DNA of 64,000 bases, from positions 1,344,001 to 1,408,000 of the forward strand of contig OZ241996.1 in the NCBI GenBank assembly GCA_965204535.1, in the 5' to 3' direction. Origin of the DNA: a bacterium. Lineage in GTDB: Bacteria; UBA8248. Position numbers and translations under genes: made by a program. Under the pieces are notes generated by a model. That model was not told the origin of the DNA. It was given only the letters and a program-made list of their open reading frames with translations, and searched no databases. Every line of letters starts with the position of its first letter. Position 1 is the stretch's first letter. Below, piece after piece: positions 9,743 to 18,876 of the stretch.

Positions 9743-12232
9743 GTGATCCATCGAGCCGGCGTCGGGAAAACTGCCGGAAAACCCAAAAACATCTTTTTGC
9801 GTCTACTGGCGTCGGCGAGACGGTCGCTCGTGGATTGCGCCCTGGCGTTTGCCAACACAAGGACATATCCATGGATTCTGGGCGGGACGCTCGCCGTTGT
9901 GCTCTCGTTTCTGCTCACAACCGATCTTTCGGCGCCACGTGTGTCTTTCGAGGTGGGCGACGTCGTTCCCAGGGACATTAAAGCTCCGCAAGATATGCGC
10001 GTGGTCGATCCCATCGCCACGAATGCGAAGCGCCAGGCAGCCAGAGAAAAAGTCCTGCCTCGTTACGATATTGATACCCAACTTTCACAAGTTGTCCTTA
10101 CCAGGTTGAATGGCGCATTTGAATCCATTCAACGGTCGGTAGACAAAGAACTTGAGAAAGTAAAAGCGGAGCAATTGAAGAAACGGGCCAAGCAGAAGAG
10201 CCGGACTATTTTCTCCGAGTCGGAAGCATATCAGGAAATGTACGCTACTCCCACATTCGTCAAGGCCGAGAGCGCCTTTCACAAGCTCGTGGGAGATAAG
10301 GTTCCGAAGGAATTGGCCGTTTGGTTGAGAAACGAGAGGTTCGCGAACTGGATTCGGGAAGATATCGCCAAATTGTTAAAGGCGGCGTATGCGCATCAAA
10401 TCGTGAGTGACAAGCAATTGTACGCCACCCATGCGGCGAAAGGGATTACGGCGCGTGACATTAGGACAGGGAATCGCGTTTCCGTCAGCCGGTCTATGAA
10501 TCCTCTGGAGCTAAGGCAGGTAGATACATTACTCAAACAAGAAGCTCGAAAAATACTTCCCCACCAAATGCCTCAGAAAGTCGGGGCTTTGCTAATTGCT
10601 CAAACCTTGAAAATGATTCGACCGACGCTGACATTCAACAACAGGGCGACACTTGAGAGCAGAGAAAAGGCCGCGGCCACGGTTCCACCTATCTCTGAAG
10701 TTCTCAAGCAAGGGGAAATGATCGTTCGCGAGGGAGAACGTTTGAGCGAAGGACAAATTGTAAAACTCAAGAGTTTGGAGAATATCCACCGACAAAGTCA
10801 TGTGATAGGCAATTTCACCGGCACTGCTTTGGTGGTTTTCATTCTGCTCATTCTGGCATGGATTTGTGTGCAGAAATACGATGTGAGTTTTTTGTCATCG
10901 CAAAAAAACGTCACACTTTTTGTAATACTGCTTCTGAGTCAAGCCGTTTTGCTGAAATTGGGCATTCTTTTTTCCGAAGTGTTGCATGAAACTTTCCGGG
11001 GAATCCCACTCCACTCGTTTTACTATGTCATTCCATTTTGCTCCGCTTCTCTTCTTGCAGCCGTTTTGCTGGGACGCTCATCGGCGGTGTTGATGGCGGT
11101 TTTCTCCGCCGTTCTGACTGGACTGATTTTGCCGAATCACATCAATTTCAGCATCGTCGCTCTCGGCGGCGGCGTGCTGGCGGCCATCCGATGGAAAGAA
11201 TATCGACGCAGGACTTCTGTGCTTATCGTGGCGTTCATCCTGGGTTTGTTGGGCGCTGCGCTCGCCCTGGGTTTCAATATGCAAGAGGGTTTCAGCGCCG
11301 CAATCATACAGTGGACGGATATTCCCATCGCCTTGCTCGGCGGTCTTTCGAACGTCATCATCGTCGCGGGGGCCATGCCCCTGCTCGAGTCGATTTTCAA
11401 ACTCACGACCGATATGCGTCTTCTGGAGTTGGCCGACCAGAATCACCCACTATTGAGAAAGATGGTCGTCGGCGCGCCGGGCACCTATCACCACAGCCTT
11501 CTCGTCGGCAACCTGGCGGAGGAGGCGTCCGAGGCGATCGGCGCGAATCCGCTTCTGACCCGTGTAGGAGCGTATTTCCACGATATCGGCAAGATGATGA
11601 AACCGGAATATTTCATCGAAAATCAGGGTCGGGAAAACCGTCACGATAGACTGAAGCCCAACATGAGCGCGCTCATCCTGATCAGCCATGTAAAAGAGGG
11701 GGTAGAACTTGCCAAAAGCCATCAACTGCCCAAAGAGATTATCGATTTGATTCAGCAACACCATGGCACATCCTTGATTCGATTTTTTTACGAGAAAGCG
11801 AAGAAGCAAAATGGGGATGGCGCGACAGAAGAGTTTTTCCGCTATCCGGGGCCAAGACCTCAGACGAGAGAAGCGGGCATCCTGATGTTGGCTGATATGG
11901 TGGAAGCATCGTCGCACTCGCTTTCGGATCATTCTCATGGGCGCCTCACCGCTTTGGTAGATAGAATTGTCCAGAGTGCTTTTGCGGAGGGACAATTGGA
12001 CAATTGCAGTCTCACGCTCAGGGATTTGAGCAACATTCAGGACGCCTTCATGCGCGTTTTGGTTGGTATTCATCATCACCGGATTCATTATCCAGGGCAG
12101 GAAGACGCTCCTAAGAAAGGAGCTGCGAATGGAAGTCCTCATCAAAAACCAGCAAAAGCTGTTCGCGCTGGATCACAAAGCGCTGAAGCAACGTTTGGAA
12201 GTCATACGGAAAGCTCTCCGGTCCGGAGATGA
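9743..12232 (+). CDS. 7TM-HD phosphohydrolase (PgpH-like c-di-AMP phosphodiesterase family)
   Basis: Large extracytoplasmic domain, about 7 TM helices, then APGTYHHS, FHDIGK, QHHGT and MLAD; lies between phoH and ybeY. Confidence 0.88.
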   Translation: MIHRAGVGKTAGKPKNIFLRLLASARRSLVDCALAFANTRTYPWILGGTLAVVLSFLLTTDLSAPRVSFEVGDVVPRDIKAPQDMRVVDPIATNAKRQAAREKVLPRYDIDTQLSQVVLTRLNGAFESIQRSVDKELEKVKAEQLKKRAKQKSRTIFSESEAYQEMYATPTFVKAESAFHKLVGDKVPKELAVWLRNERFANWIREDIAKLLKAAYAHQIVSDKQLYATHAAKGITARDIRTGNRVSVSRSMNPLELRQVDTLLKQEARKILPHQMPQKVGALLIAQTLKMIRPTLTFNNRATLESREKAAATVPPISEVLKQGEMIVREGERLSEGQIVKLKSLENIHRQSHVIGNFTGTALVVFILLILAWICVQKYDVSFLSSQKNVTLFVILLLSQAVLLKLGILFSEVLHETFRGIPLHSFYYVIPFCSASLLAAVLLGRSSAVLMAVFSAVLTGLILPNHINFSIVALGGGVLAAIRWKEYRRRTSVLIVAFILGLLGAALALGFNMQEGFSAAIIQWTDIPIALLGGLSNVIIVAGAMPLLESIFKLTTDMRLLELADQNHPLLRKMVVGAPGTYHHSLLVGNLAEEASEAIGANPLLTRVGAYFHDIGKMMKPEYFIENQGRENRHDRLKPNMSALILISHVKEGVELAKSHQLPKEIIDLIQQHHGTSLIRFFYEKAKKQNGDGATEEFFRYPGPRPQTREAGILMLADMVEASSHSLSDHSHGRLTALVDRIVQSAFAEGQLDNCSLTLRDLSNIQDAFMRVLVGIHHHRIHYPGQEDAPKKGAANGSPHQKPAKAVRAGSQSAEATFGSHTESSPVRR

Positions 12233-12611
12233 CGGGTTCAGCGTCATATTTATTCGAGACGAGGAGATGCGAGCGTTAAATTCGCGATATCGGCGGGAAG
12301 ATAAAACAACGGATGTCTTGGCTTTTCCGCCAGCTGATTTCTTTCCGTTCGTGGGTGAACAAAAAGGGGAAGAAACATTTTTAGGAGAAGTGGTCATCTG
12401 CGTGGATGAGGTGCTTCGCCAGGCGGAGGCCGAGGCAGTGGATTACGGAGTCTTGGCGGAGCGTCTGCTCGTACATGGCCTTCTACACCTCAAGGGGTAT
12501 GACCATTACACGGAGTCTGAATCTGCGCGCATGGGTGAGGAAGAAAAAAGAATAGCTTTTTTGCTTGACGGAGAGTGGCTCTATCGAGAAAGGCGTGAAA
12601 ATTTCGAATAG
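12129..12611 (+). CDS. ybeY: rRNA maturation endonuclease YbeY
   Basis: LNSRYR..DKTTDVLAF and HGLLHLKGYDH zinc motif. Confidence 0.93.
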   Translation: MEVLIKNQQKLFALDHKALKQRLEVIRKALRSGDDGFSVIFIRDEEMRALNSRYRREDKTTDVLAFPPADFFPFVGEQKGEETFLGEVVICVDEVLRQAEAEAVDYGVLAERLLVHGLLHLKGYDHYTESESARMGEEEKRIAFLLDGEWLYRERRENFE

Positions 12612-12792
12612 ATAATTGTGGGTGCCATGACACAGGAATTTTGAGTCAATTGCACATTGTTTCTCGTTGGAGAGAACTTAATCTCTTGCCCATTCTCATT
12701 GGCGTGAGGGTGATTTCTGGGAATTTAGAAACGGCCTGCAATCAAATCCGCCCCGATTTTGAAATCTGAAACCTGATGGACTTGGTAGTGAT

Positions 12793-13191
12793 ATGGGTAG
12801 CCTTCGACTCATCATCGGCTTGATTTTGGCATTGGCGATATCGAGCTTCGGTGTCATCAACATGAAGCCGGTGACCGTTGCCTATTATCAGGGCAGCGTC
12901 AACTTGCCTCTTTTTTATGTTCTGTTGGCTGTGTTTGTATGCGGTTTCATGGTGGCATGGTTTGGCGGGGCATTGGACAGATTGAAGTTCAGGAGTCAGA
13001 TAGGAAAATTAAAGCGGGAAGTCAAGACGTTAGAGAATAATCTGGATGAGGTGCGTGAGCAAAGCGGCAAGCTTCTTACCATGGGAAATACGCAAATCGA
13101 TGAATCCGTTGCCGCACGTGATGAACCCACGTCAAAAACGGATTCGAAGTCTCAGATCAGTCTATCCCCCCGCGAATCGAAGGCGGAATAG
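12793..13191 (+). CDS. LapA / DUF1049 family membrane protein
   Basis: TM, then N...VTVAY...LPL, second TM and a coiled-coil tail. Confidence 0.72.
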   Translation: MGSLRLIIGLILALAISSFGVINMKPVTVAYYQGSVNLPLFYVLLAVFVCGFMVAWFGGALDRLKFRSQIGKLKREVKTLENNLDEVREQSGKLLTMGNTQIDESVAARDEPTSKTDSKSQISLSPRESKAE

Positions 13192-13193
13192 GT

Positions 13194-15878
13194 ATGTCCT
13201 CTCCTAAAGGCGCCCTGCAAGCCAAGAAAGAAAAAAATACATCCGGCAAAAGTAGCCCTGGCCCTTCTCCTGCGATGCGCCAATATCTGGAAATGAAAAG
13301 ACGCTATCCGGACGCGATACTGTTTTTCCAGTTGGGTGATTTTTTCGAAATGTTCTATGAAGACGCGAAACTCGGGGCGAAAGTGTTGGAACTCGCGTTA
13401 ACGTCGCGCCAGAGTGATGACAAGGGACCTATCCCGATGTGTGGTGTGCCTTGCCATTCGGCCTCTTCATACTGTGGGCGATTGCTGGAAGCGGGCTATA
13501 AAGTCGCCATATGTGAGCAGGTGGAAGACGCAAGAGAAAGTAAGGGAGTTGTAAAACGTGAGGTAACTCGCGTCCTGACCCCAGGCACTTCGATTGCCGA
13601 CCTAGAGTTACTTGATAGCAAGGAATCTCAATACTTGGCGGGGATCACCGTATCGGCCAGAGAAGGAGAGACGCTTTGGGGAATGGCATGGCTCGATAGT
13701 TCGACCGGTGAGTTTTGTGCAACGCAGGTGGAAGGCGATTCTGCCGAGACGCTGATTTGCAATCAATTGGAGAGGCTCTCTCCTCGTGAACTTATTTTCC
13801 CAGATGCATTTTCCCCTCCAGATGGGTTGAAAAACAAAATTGATGAGCTAAGCATTCATATTGAAAAAAGACCGGACGCCACTTTTTGCGAGTCACTTGA
13901 TGCCAAAAGCCTGGGTTCCACATTTGCGGATGAAGCGAATGTTCTGGCGTATCCGGTAGCAGCAGATTCCGCCGTAGGTGTTTTAACGTATCTCAAAGAA
14001 AACCAGCCTGGAGATTTTCCCCATCTCAAGCCTGTCTTTTTCTCTAGACTCTCAGACTCCATGATTCTCGATACAGCCACGTTGCGAAATTTAGAAATTA
14101 CCCGTCCGGCAGTGGATCGGGGGAAACGGGGCACTCTGTTCGGTTTGCTGGATGAAACGTCAACGGGTATGGGGGGACGGCTGCTGAAAAAATGGGTGCT
14201 TTCACCCTTGATTCAAAAAAAAGCCATCGAATATCGCGCCGAATCAGTAGAAGAACTCGTGAACAATTCCGAAATCCTGAATAGACTCAAAAAAGCCCTT
14301 GAACCTATTCAAGATATCGAGCGGCTTCTGGGACGCGTGGGTTCTCAGACTGCGAATGCCCGAGATATAGCTGGACTAGGCGGATCTTTGGCCATGTTGC
14401 CGGAAGTTTGTGAGGCGCTCGAAGGGATGGCTTCTGAATTGTTTTGTTCCGTCCGGTCGGGCTGGGATTCACTCGAGGACGTAGCGTTGGAACTGAAGAA
14501 CGCGATTGTAGATGATCCGCCTGTTTCCATTCGAGAAGGTGGAATATTTCGAACTGATTATGACCCGGTACTTGCCCGCCTGAGAAAGGCGCAGCAGGAG
14601 GGTGATTCGTGGCTCAAGAATTATGAAAGCAGGGAAAAAGAACGAACGGGGCTGTCTCTGAAAATCGGGTTCAACCGCGTTTTTGGATATTATCTGGAGA
14701 TTCCCAAACGCTTCAGTGAGCAGGCACCGATGGAATATACGCGCAAGCAAACCCTCGTTTCTGCCGAGCGATACATTACTTCCGAGTTGAAAAAGATGGA
14801 AGAAGACCTACTCGGCGCGGAGGAAAAAGCCCATCACCTCGAGTTCATGCTTTTCGGGCGCTTAAGAACGCAAATATCTCAACACGCCAAGCGAATACTT
14901 GCCGCCGCCGAGAGGATAGCGATTCTGGATGCCGTTTTGTCCCTTGCGCTCGTTGCGCGCAAATTCGGATATGTCAGACCCCGAATTATGGATTCTACCG
15001 ATCTGGAAATCATGGAGGGGAGGCATCCCGTCATAGAGGCGGAGAATCCTGGCCTCTCTTTCGTGCCGAACGATTTGTCGATCCGTGACGACCGCCGAAT
15101 ACTCATTATCACAGGGCCGAATATGGCCGGTAAATCCACTTACCTGCGTCAAACGGCACTCATCATTCTAATGGCGCAGATTGGCAGTTTCGTACCAGCC
15201 AAGAGCGCGAAAATCGGTTTGGTTGACAGGGTGTTCACTCGCGTTGGTGCGCATGACCGACTTTTGGAGGGGCAAAGCACCTTCATGGTGGAGATGGTGG
15301 AAACGGCCACCATATTAAGAGAGTCGACCCAGAGGAGTTTCATCGTCCTGGACGAGGTCGGGCGAGGTACGAGTACCTATGATGGCGTCAGCATTGCATG
15401 GTCAATTGTTGAGTATCTTCATAACAAGGTCCAGCACAGGGCGAGGACTTTGTTTGCGACTCATTATCATGAGTTGGCCGAACTCTCAAAAGAGCTCGCT
15501 TGCGTGAAAAACTTGACGGTCGAGGTCCGGGAGTGGGGTGATGAAATCGTTTTCTTGCGAAAAGTAACCGATGGCAGTTGCGATAGAAGCTACGGCATTC
15601 AGGTAGGCAGGCTGGCGGGACTTCCGGAAGAGGTTATCGACCGAGCAAAGACGTTGCTCTCTCGGTTTGAGAGTACGGAGACGACCTCTCGTTCCAGCGA
15701 CGAAAAATCTAATTTGGAAAATCGCTGGGGCAATGGGCAATTGCCTTTGTTTTCAGGAACAGAATCGAAAATCGAAAATTTGTTGAAAAGCATCGATCCG
15801 GATTCCATGACACCTCGTCAAGCTCTCGAAACCCTGTATGAACTCAGGGAAATCATGGCAAATGTTGAGCAGCGATAA
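13194..15878 (+). CDS. mutS: DNA mismatch repair protein MutS
   Basis: GDFFEMF, PMCGVP, TGPNMAGKST, STFMVEM, LDEVGRGT and ATHYHEL motifs. Confidence 0.97.
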   Translation: MSSPKGALQAKKEKNTSGKSSPGPSPAMRQYLEMKRRYPDAILFFQLGDFFEMFYEDAKLGAKVLELALTSRQSDDKGPIPMCGVPCHSASSYCGRLLEAGYKVAICEQVEDARESKGVVKREVTRVLTPGTSIADLELLDSKESQYLAGITVSAREGETLWGMAWLDSSTGEFCATQVEGDSAETLICNQLERLSPRELIFPDAFSPPDGLKNKIDELSIHIEKRPDATFCESLDAKSLGSTFADEANVLAYPVAADSAVGVLTYLKENQPGDFPHLKPVFFSRLSDSMILDTATLRNLEITRPAVDRGKRGTLFGLLDETSTGMGGRLLKKWVLSPLIQKKAIEYRAESVEELVNNSEILNRLKKALEPIQDIERLLGRVGSQTANARDIAGLGGSLAMLPEVCEALEGMASELFCSVRSGWDSLEDVALELKNAIVDDPPVSIREGGIFRTDYDPVLARLRKAQQEGDSWLKNYESREKERTGLSLKIGFNRVFGYYLEIPKRFSEQAPMEYTRKQTLVSAERYITSELKKMEEDLLGAEEKAHHLEFMLFGRLRTQISQHAKRILAAAERIAILDAVLSLALVARKFGYVRPRIMDSTDLEIMEGRHPVIEAENPGLSFVPNDLSIRDDRRILIITGPNMAGKSTYLRQTALIILMAQIGSFVPAKSAKIGLVDRVFTRVGAHDRLLEGQSTFMVEMVETATILRESTQRSFIVLDEVGRGTSTYDGVSIAWSIVEYLHNKVQHRARTLFATHYHELAELSKELACVKNLTVEVREWGDEIVFLRKVTDGSCDRSYGIQVGRLAGLPEEVIDRAKTLLSRFESTETTSRSSDEKSNLENRWGNGQLPLFSGTESKIENLLKSIDPDSMTPRQALETLYELREIMANVEQR

Positions 15879-16005
15879 CAGCAGGGCCAGGTCACAGCGC
15901 ATAATCCGGAAGTGCTCCACGGACATGAAGCCACGGAAGTCAAACAAGGTATTGAGAGCTTTTTTTATATGCGATAGCATTGAATTTCAAGGCCAAGGGG
16001 AGCAT

Positions 16006-16611
16006 ATGTTATCTAACGCCCGGAAAACATTTGTTCTTAGGAAACTTGCCATAGCCATCTGTATGATTTTCGCTTTGGCGGGGCCGGCGATTTCCGCAAC
16101 AGATAGCCAAGATGGAATTCGGATAAAAGATATTATTGTTATCAAGAAGAATGGGCAGTTGCTTGTTTTTGGTTCTCTTTTGGGTGCATTTTCGACGAAA
16201 TTGTTGGAAGCTATTCATAGCGGTGTGACTACGAAGTTTATTTTTGACGTAAGTCTCTTTCGCTCTCGCAAGCTGATTTATGATTTGGAAGTCACCTCGC
16301 GGCAATTACATCACCAAGTGAAATATAGCGCCTTGAAAAAAACATACACTTTTCATCTCAAAGAAGGGGAAAAAGAGATCGAGAGAAAAGTGACGAAAAG
16401 CCAAGGCGAAATGACGGACTGGATGCGCGAGCTGAATGGCGCGCCCATTGCCCCTGGCAAGGTCTTGCCCCCAAATAGTCGATACTATGTCAAAATCAGA
16501 GCGCGGATGAATCATGTGGATTTTGTTTTTCCCTTTAATTACTTGCTTGCTTTTTGGGGGAAGCAGTCTGATTGGAGCTATTCCCAGACATTTAGTTCTG
16601 AAGGAATGTGA
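16006..16611 (+). CDS. DUF4390-like exported protein
   Basis: ATG after GGGGAG; signal peptide; EAIHSGV...F pattern; position immediately upstream of an ntrY-like kinase. Confidence 0.72.
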   Translation: MLSNARKTFVLRKLAIAICMIFALAGPAISATDSQDGIRIKDIIVIKKNGQLLVFGSLLGAFSTKLLEAIHSGVTTKFIFDVSLFRSRKLIYDLEVTSRQLHHQVKYSALKKTYTFHLKEGEKEIERKVTKSQGEMTDWMRELNGAPIAPGKVLPPNSRYYVKIRARMNHVDFVFPFNYLLAFWGKQSDWSYSQTFSSEGM

Positions 16612-16614
16612 ACT

Positions 16615-18876
16615 GTGCATCCAACGCGACTGAATCAGGAGATCTCTTCGCGCCGACGAAGAACACTTCTGCGATCCTTCATCGCTTTGATCATCATTGC
16701 GACTCTTTCGTTTACGGCTTGGATTTACTTCAAAGAGCTTGAGCCGGAAGTCCCACTGTTAAACAATGTTGTCGTATTTGCGCTAGTGAATCTGAGCATC
16801 ATTTTGCTCATGGTGGTTATTCTCCTGGTAGCAAAGCACTTGGTGCGTCTTTACTACGAGGGGAGAACGGGTGCCGGTCGTTCACGCTTGCAATTAAAAC
16901 TCGTATTGGCGTTTGTCGGATTTACGCTCATCCCTGTAGTGGCTCTTTTCGTGGTGGCCAGCGGTTTGATTAACCAAAGTTTTAATGCTTTGTTCAACAT
17001 GAACGTGGAGAGAGCGCTCAAAGGCTCTTTCGAAGTGGCTCAAACGTATTATCGCGAGGTGGAGCGAAACACGCTGTTCAGCGCGAGTCGCCTTGCGCTG
17101 ACGTTGGAGAAGACACGACCTAATATAATAACGAACTCCAAGGCGGCTGAAAAAACATTGGAGGCCGAGAGAAAGAACTTGGGGGTGGATTTCATCCAAC
17201 TCTACGATAGGGAGCGGAAGGAGATCGTATCGGTCAGGCGCCCGGGGTTGGCGCAAGCCACAACGTTTTCGCCACTGGTGGGATACGTAGATCAAGTGAT
17301 TGATGGGGAGTCGCGCTCAAGTATAGAGAATTGGGAAAAAGGAGATGTCATCTATGGCGTGGCGCCTTTGAAGAGTCAAAAAAAAGTGGTGGGGTTTATC
17401 GTCGTATCCAAATACGTGCCTGATCGACTTGTGGCGAAGATCAGAGGCATATCGGACTCCTTTGTGAACTATAAAGAGTTGGAACTGTCCAAGAATCCAA
17501 TCAAAGCAAACTACATCATTACTTTCTTGGTGGTTACTTTGCTCATTCTCTTTGCGGCCATCTGGTTCGGCTTCTACCTCGCTCGAGGGATTACGGTTCC
17601 CATCGAGAAATTGGCGGAAGCTACAAGGGCGGTGTCGGATGGCAACCTCGAACATCGCGTGGATGCGCAGGCAGATGGCGAAGTGGGGATTTTGGTCAAC
17701 GCATTTAACAGCATGACGGAAGAATTGTTGGCCAACAAGGAAAAAATCGAAGAATCTTCTGAAATCTTGAGCCGTTCCAACCTGGAAATCGACAGAAGAC
17801 GCAGGTATATGGAAGCGATGCTTGAAAATATCGGAGCGGGTGTAATATCAATCAATCGCCGAGGGCGCGTTACTATCCTCAACAAAGCAGCCGGGGAGTT
17901 GCTGAGGATTGAACCGCAGAATGCCGTAGGGCAAATGTTCAGCGAGGTTTTCGAAAGCACACATCTTGAGCCTGTTCGTCAGTTGATGCGCTCTATGCGA
18001 GCCCGAGAACACCAAAGCGCTTCGGAGCAAGTGGAGGTCATGATTGATGGCCGTGTGCTGACACTACGCGCGAGCTTGACTCTGCTGAAGAGCGCAGATG
18101 GCGGCAGACTTGGTGCCGTCATTGTGTTTGATGACATGACGGCTTTGATACGGGCTCAAAAAGTGGCCGCATGGCAGGAAGTGGCCCGTGGCATCGCGCA
18201 CGAGATCAAAAATCCACTTACGCCGATTCAACTTTCTGCTCAGAGAATGAGACGAAAATTTGATAATGAGGCCTATGATTTTACCGAAGTATTTGAATCT
18301 TGCACGGATACTATTATCAATCAGGTAACAAGCCTGATTGATATGGTGGATGAATTCAGCCGATTCGCTCGCATGCCGGAGCCGAGATTGAGGCTCTGCG
18401 GGTTTGTCCCCCTCATTGAGGATGTTGCAAATTTATATCGTGGCAGGAAGGGGGATGTGAAATTTTCGATTCATATCGATGTTGGGAATACTGCTGTCAT
18501 GGCGGATCCCGAGCAGTTGCAGCGCGTGTTTATCAATTTGTTGGAAAATGCCTTTGAATCCCACGATGTCGAGGGCGAGATTGATTTGCAAGCGTGGAGT
18601 GATAAAGACAGAAATATGATAGTTGTTGAAGTGGCCGACCAGGGGCAAGGTATATCGGAAGATGTGAAAGGCCATATATTCTCGCCTTACTTTTCGACAA
18701 AGGATAGAGGCACCGGGTTGGGTTTGGCTATATGTCAGCGCATTGTGGCGGATCACAATGGAACAATAGGCGTGCGAGATAACCATCCGTCTGGTTCCAT
18801 TTTTCGCGTAACATTGCCACTGGCGCCTGCTGTGGACATCACGCCCGAAAAGCAAAGGACGGCTTCCATTGGATAA
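16615..18876 (+). CDS. NtrY-like sensor histidine kinase (TMs, periplasmic domain, HAMP, PAS, HisKA, HATPase)
   Basis: AAWQEVARGIAHEIKNPLTPIQLSAQR H-box typical of NtrY; NLLENA, DQGQG and GTGLGL boxes. Confidence 0.92.
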   Translation: MHPTRLNQEISSRRRRTLLRSFIALIIIATLSFTAWIYFKELEPEVPLLNNVVVFALVNLSIILLMVVILLVAKHLVRLYYEGRTGAGRSRLQLKLVLAFVGFTLIPVVALFVVASGLINQSFNALFNMNVERALKGSFEVAQTYYREVERNTLFSASRLALTLEKTRPNIITNSKAAEKTLEAERKNLGVDFIQLYDRERKEIVSVRRPGLAQATTFSPLVGYVDQVIDGESRSSIENWEKGDVIYGVAPLKSQKKVVGFIVVSKYVPDRLVAKIRGISDSFVNYKELELSKNPIKANYIITFLVVTLLILFAAIWFGFYLARGITVPIEKLAEATRAVSDGNLEHRVDAQADGEVGILVNAFNSMTEELLANKEKIEESSEILSRSNLEIDRRRRYMEAMLENIGAGVISINRRGRVTILNKAAGELLRIEPQNAVGQMFSEVFESTHLEPVRQLMRSMRAREHQSASEQVEVMIDGRVLTLRASLTLLKSADGGRLGAVIVFDDMTALIRAQKVAAWQEVARGIAHEIKNPLTPIQLSAQRMRRKFDNEAYDFTEVFESCTDTIINQVTSLIDMVDEFSRFARMPEPRLRLCGFVPLIEDVANLYRGRKGDVKFSIHIDVGNTAVMADPEQLQRVFINLLENAFESHDVEGEIDLQAWSDKDRNMIVVEVADQGQGISEDVKGHIFSPYFSTKDRGTGLGLAICQRIVADHNGTIGVRDNHPSGSIFRVTLPLAPAVDITPEKQRTASIG

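Noticed and set aside
15838-16005. Long N-terminal extensions in the ORF track (also 29837, 36055, 36869, 39416, 59941)
   Set aside because: Downstream starts, mostly with an RBS, match the family N-termini, and most of the extensions overlap upstream genes.
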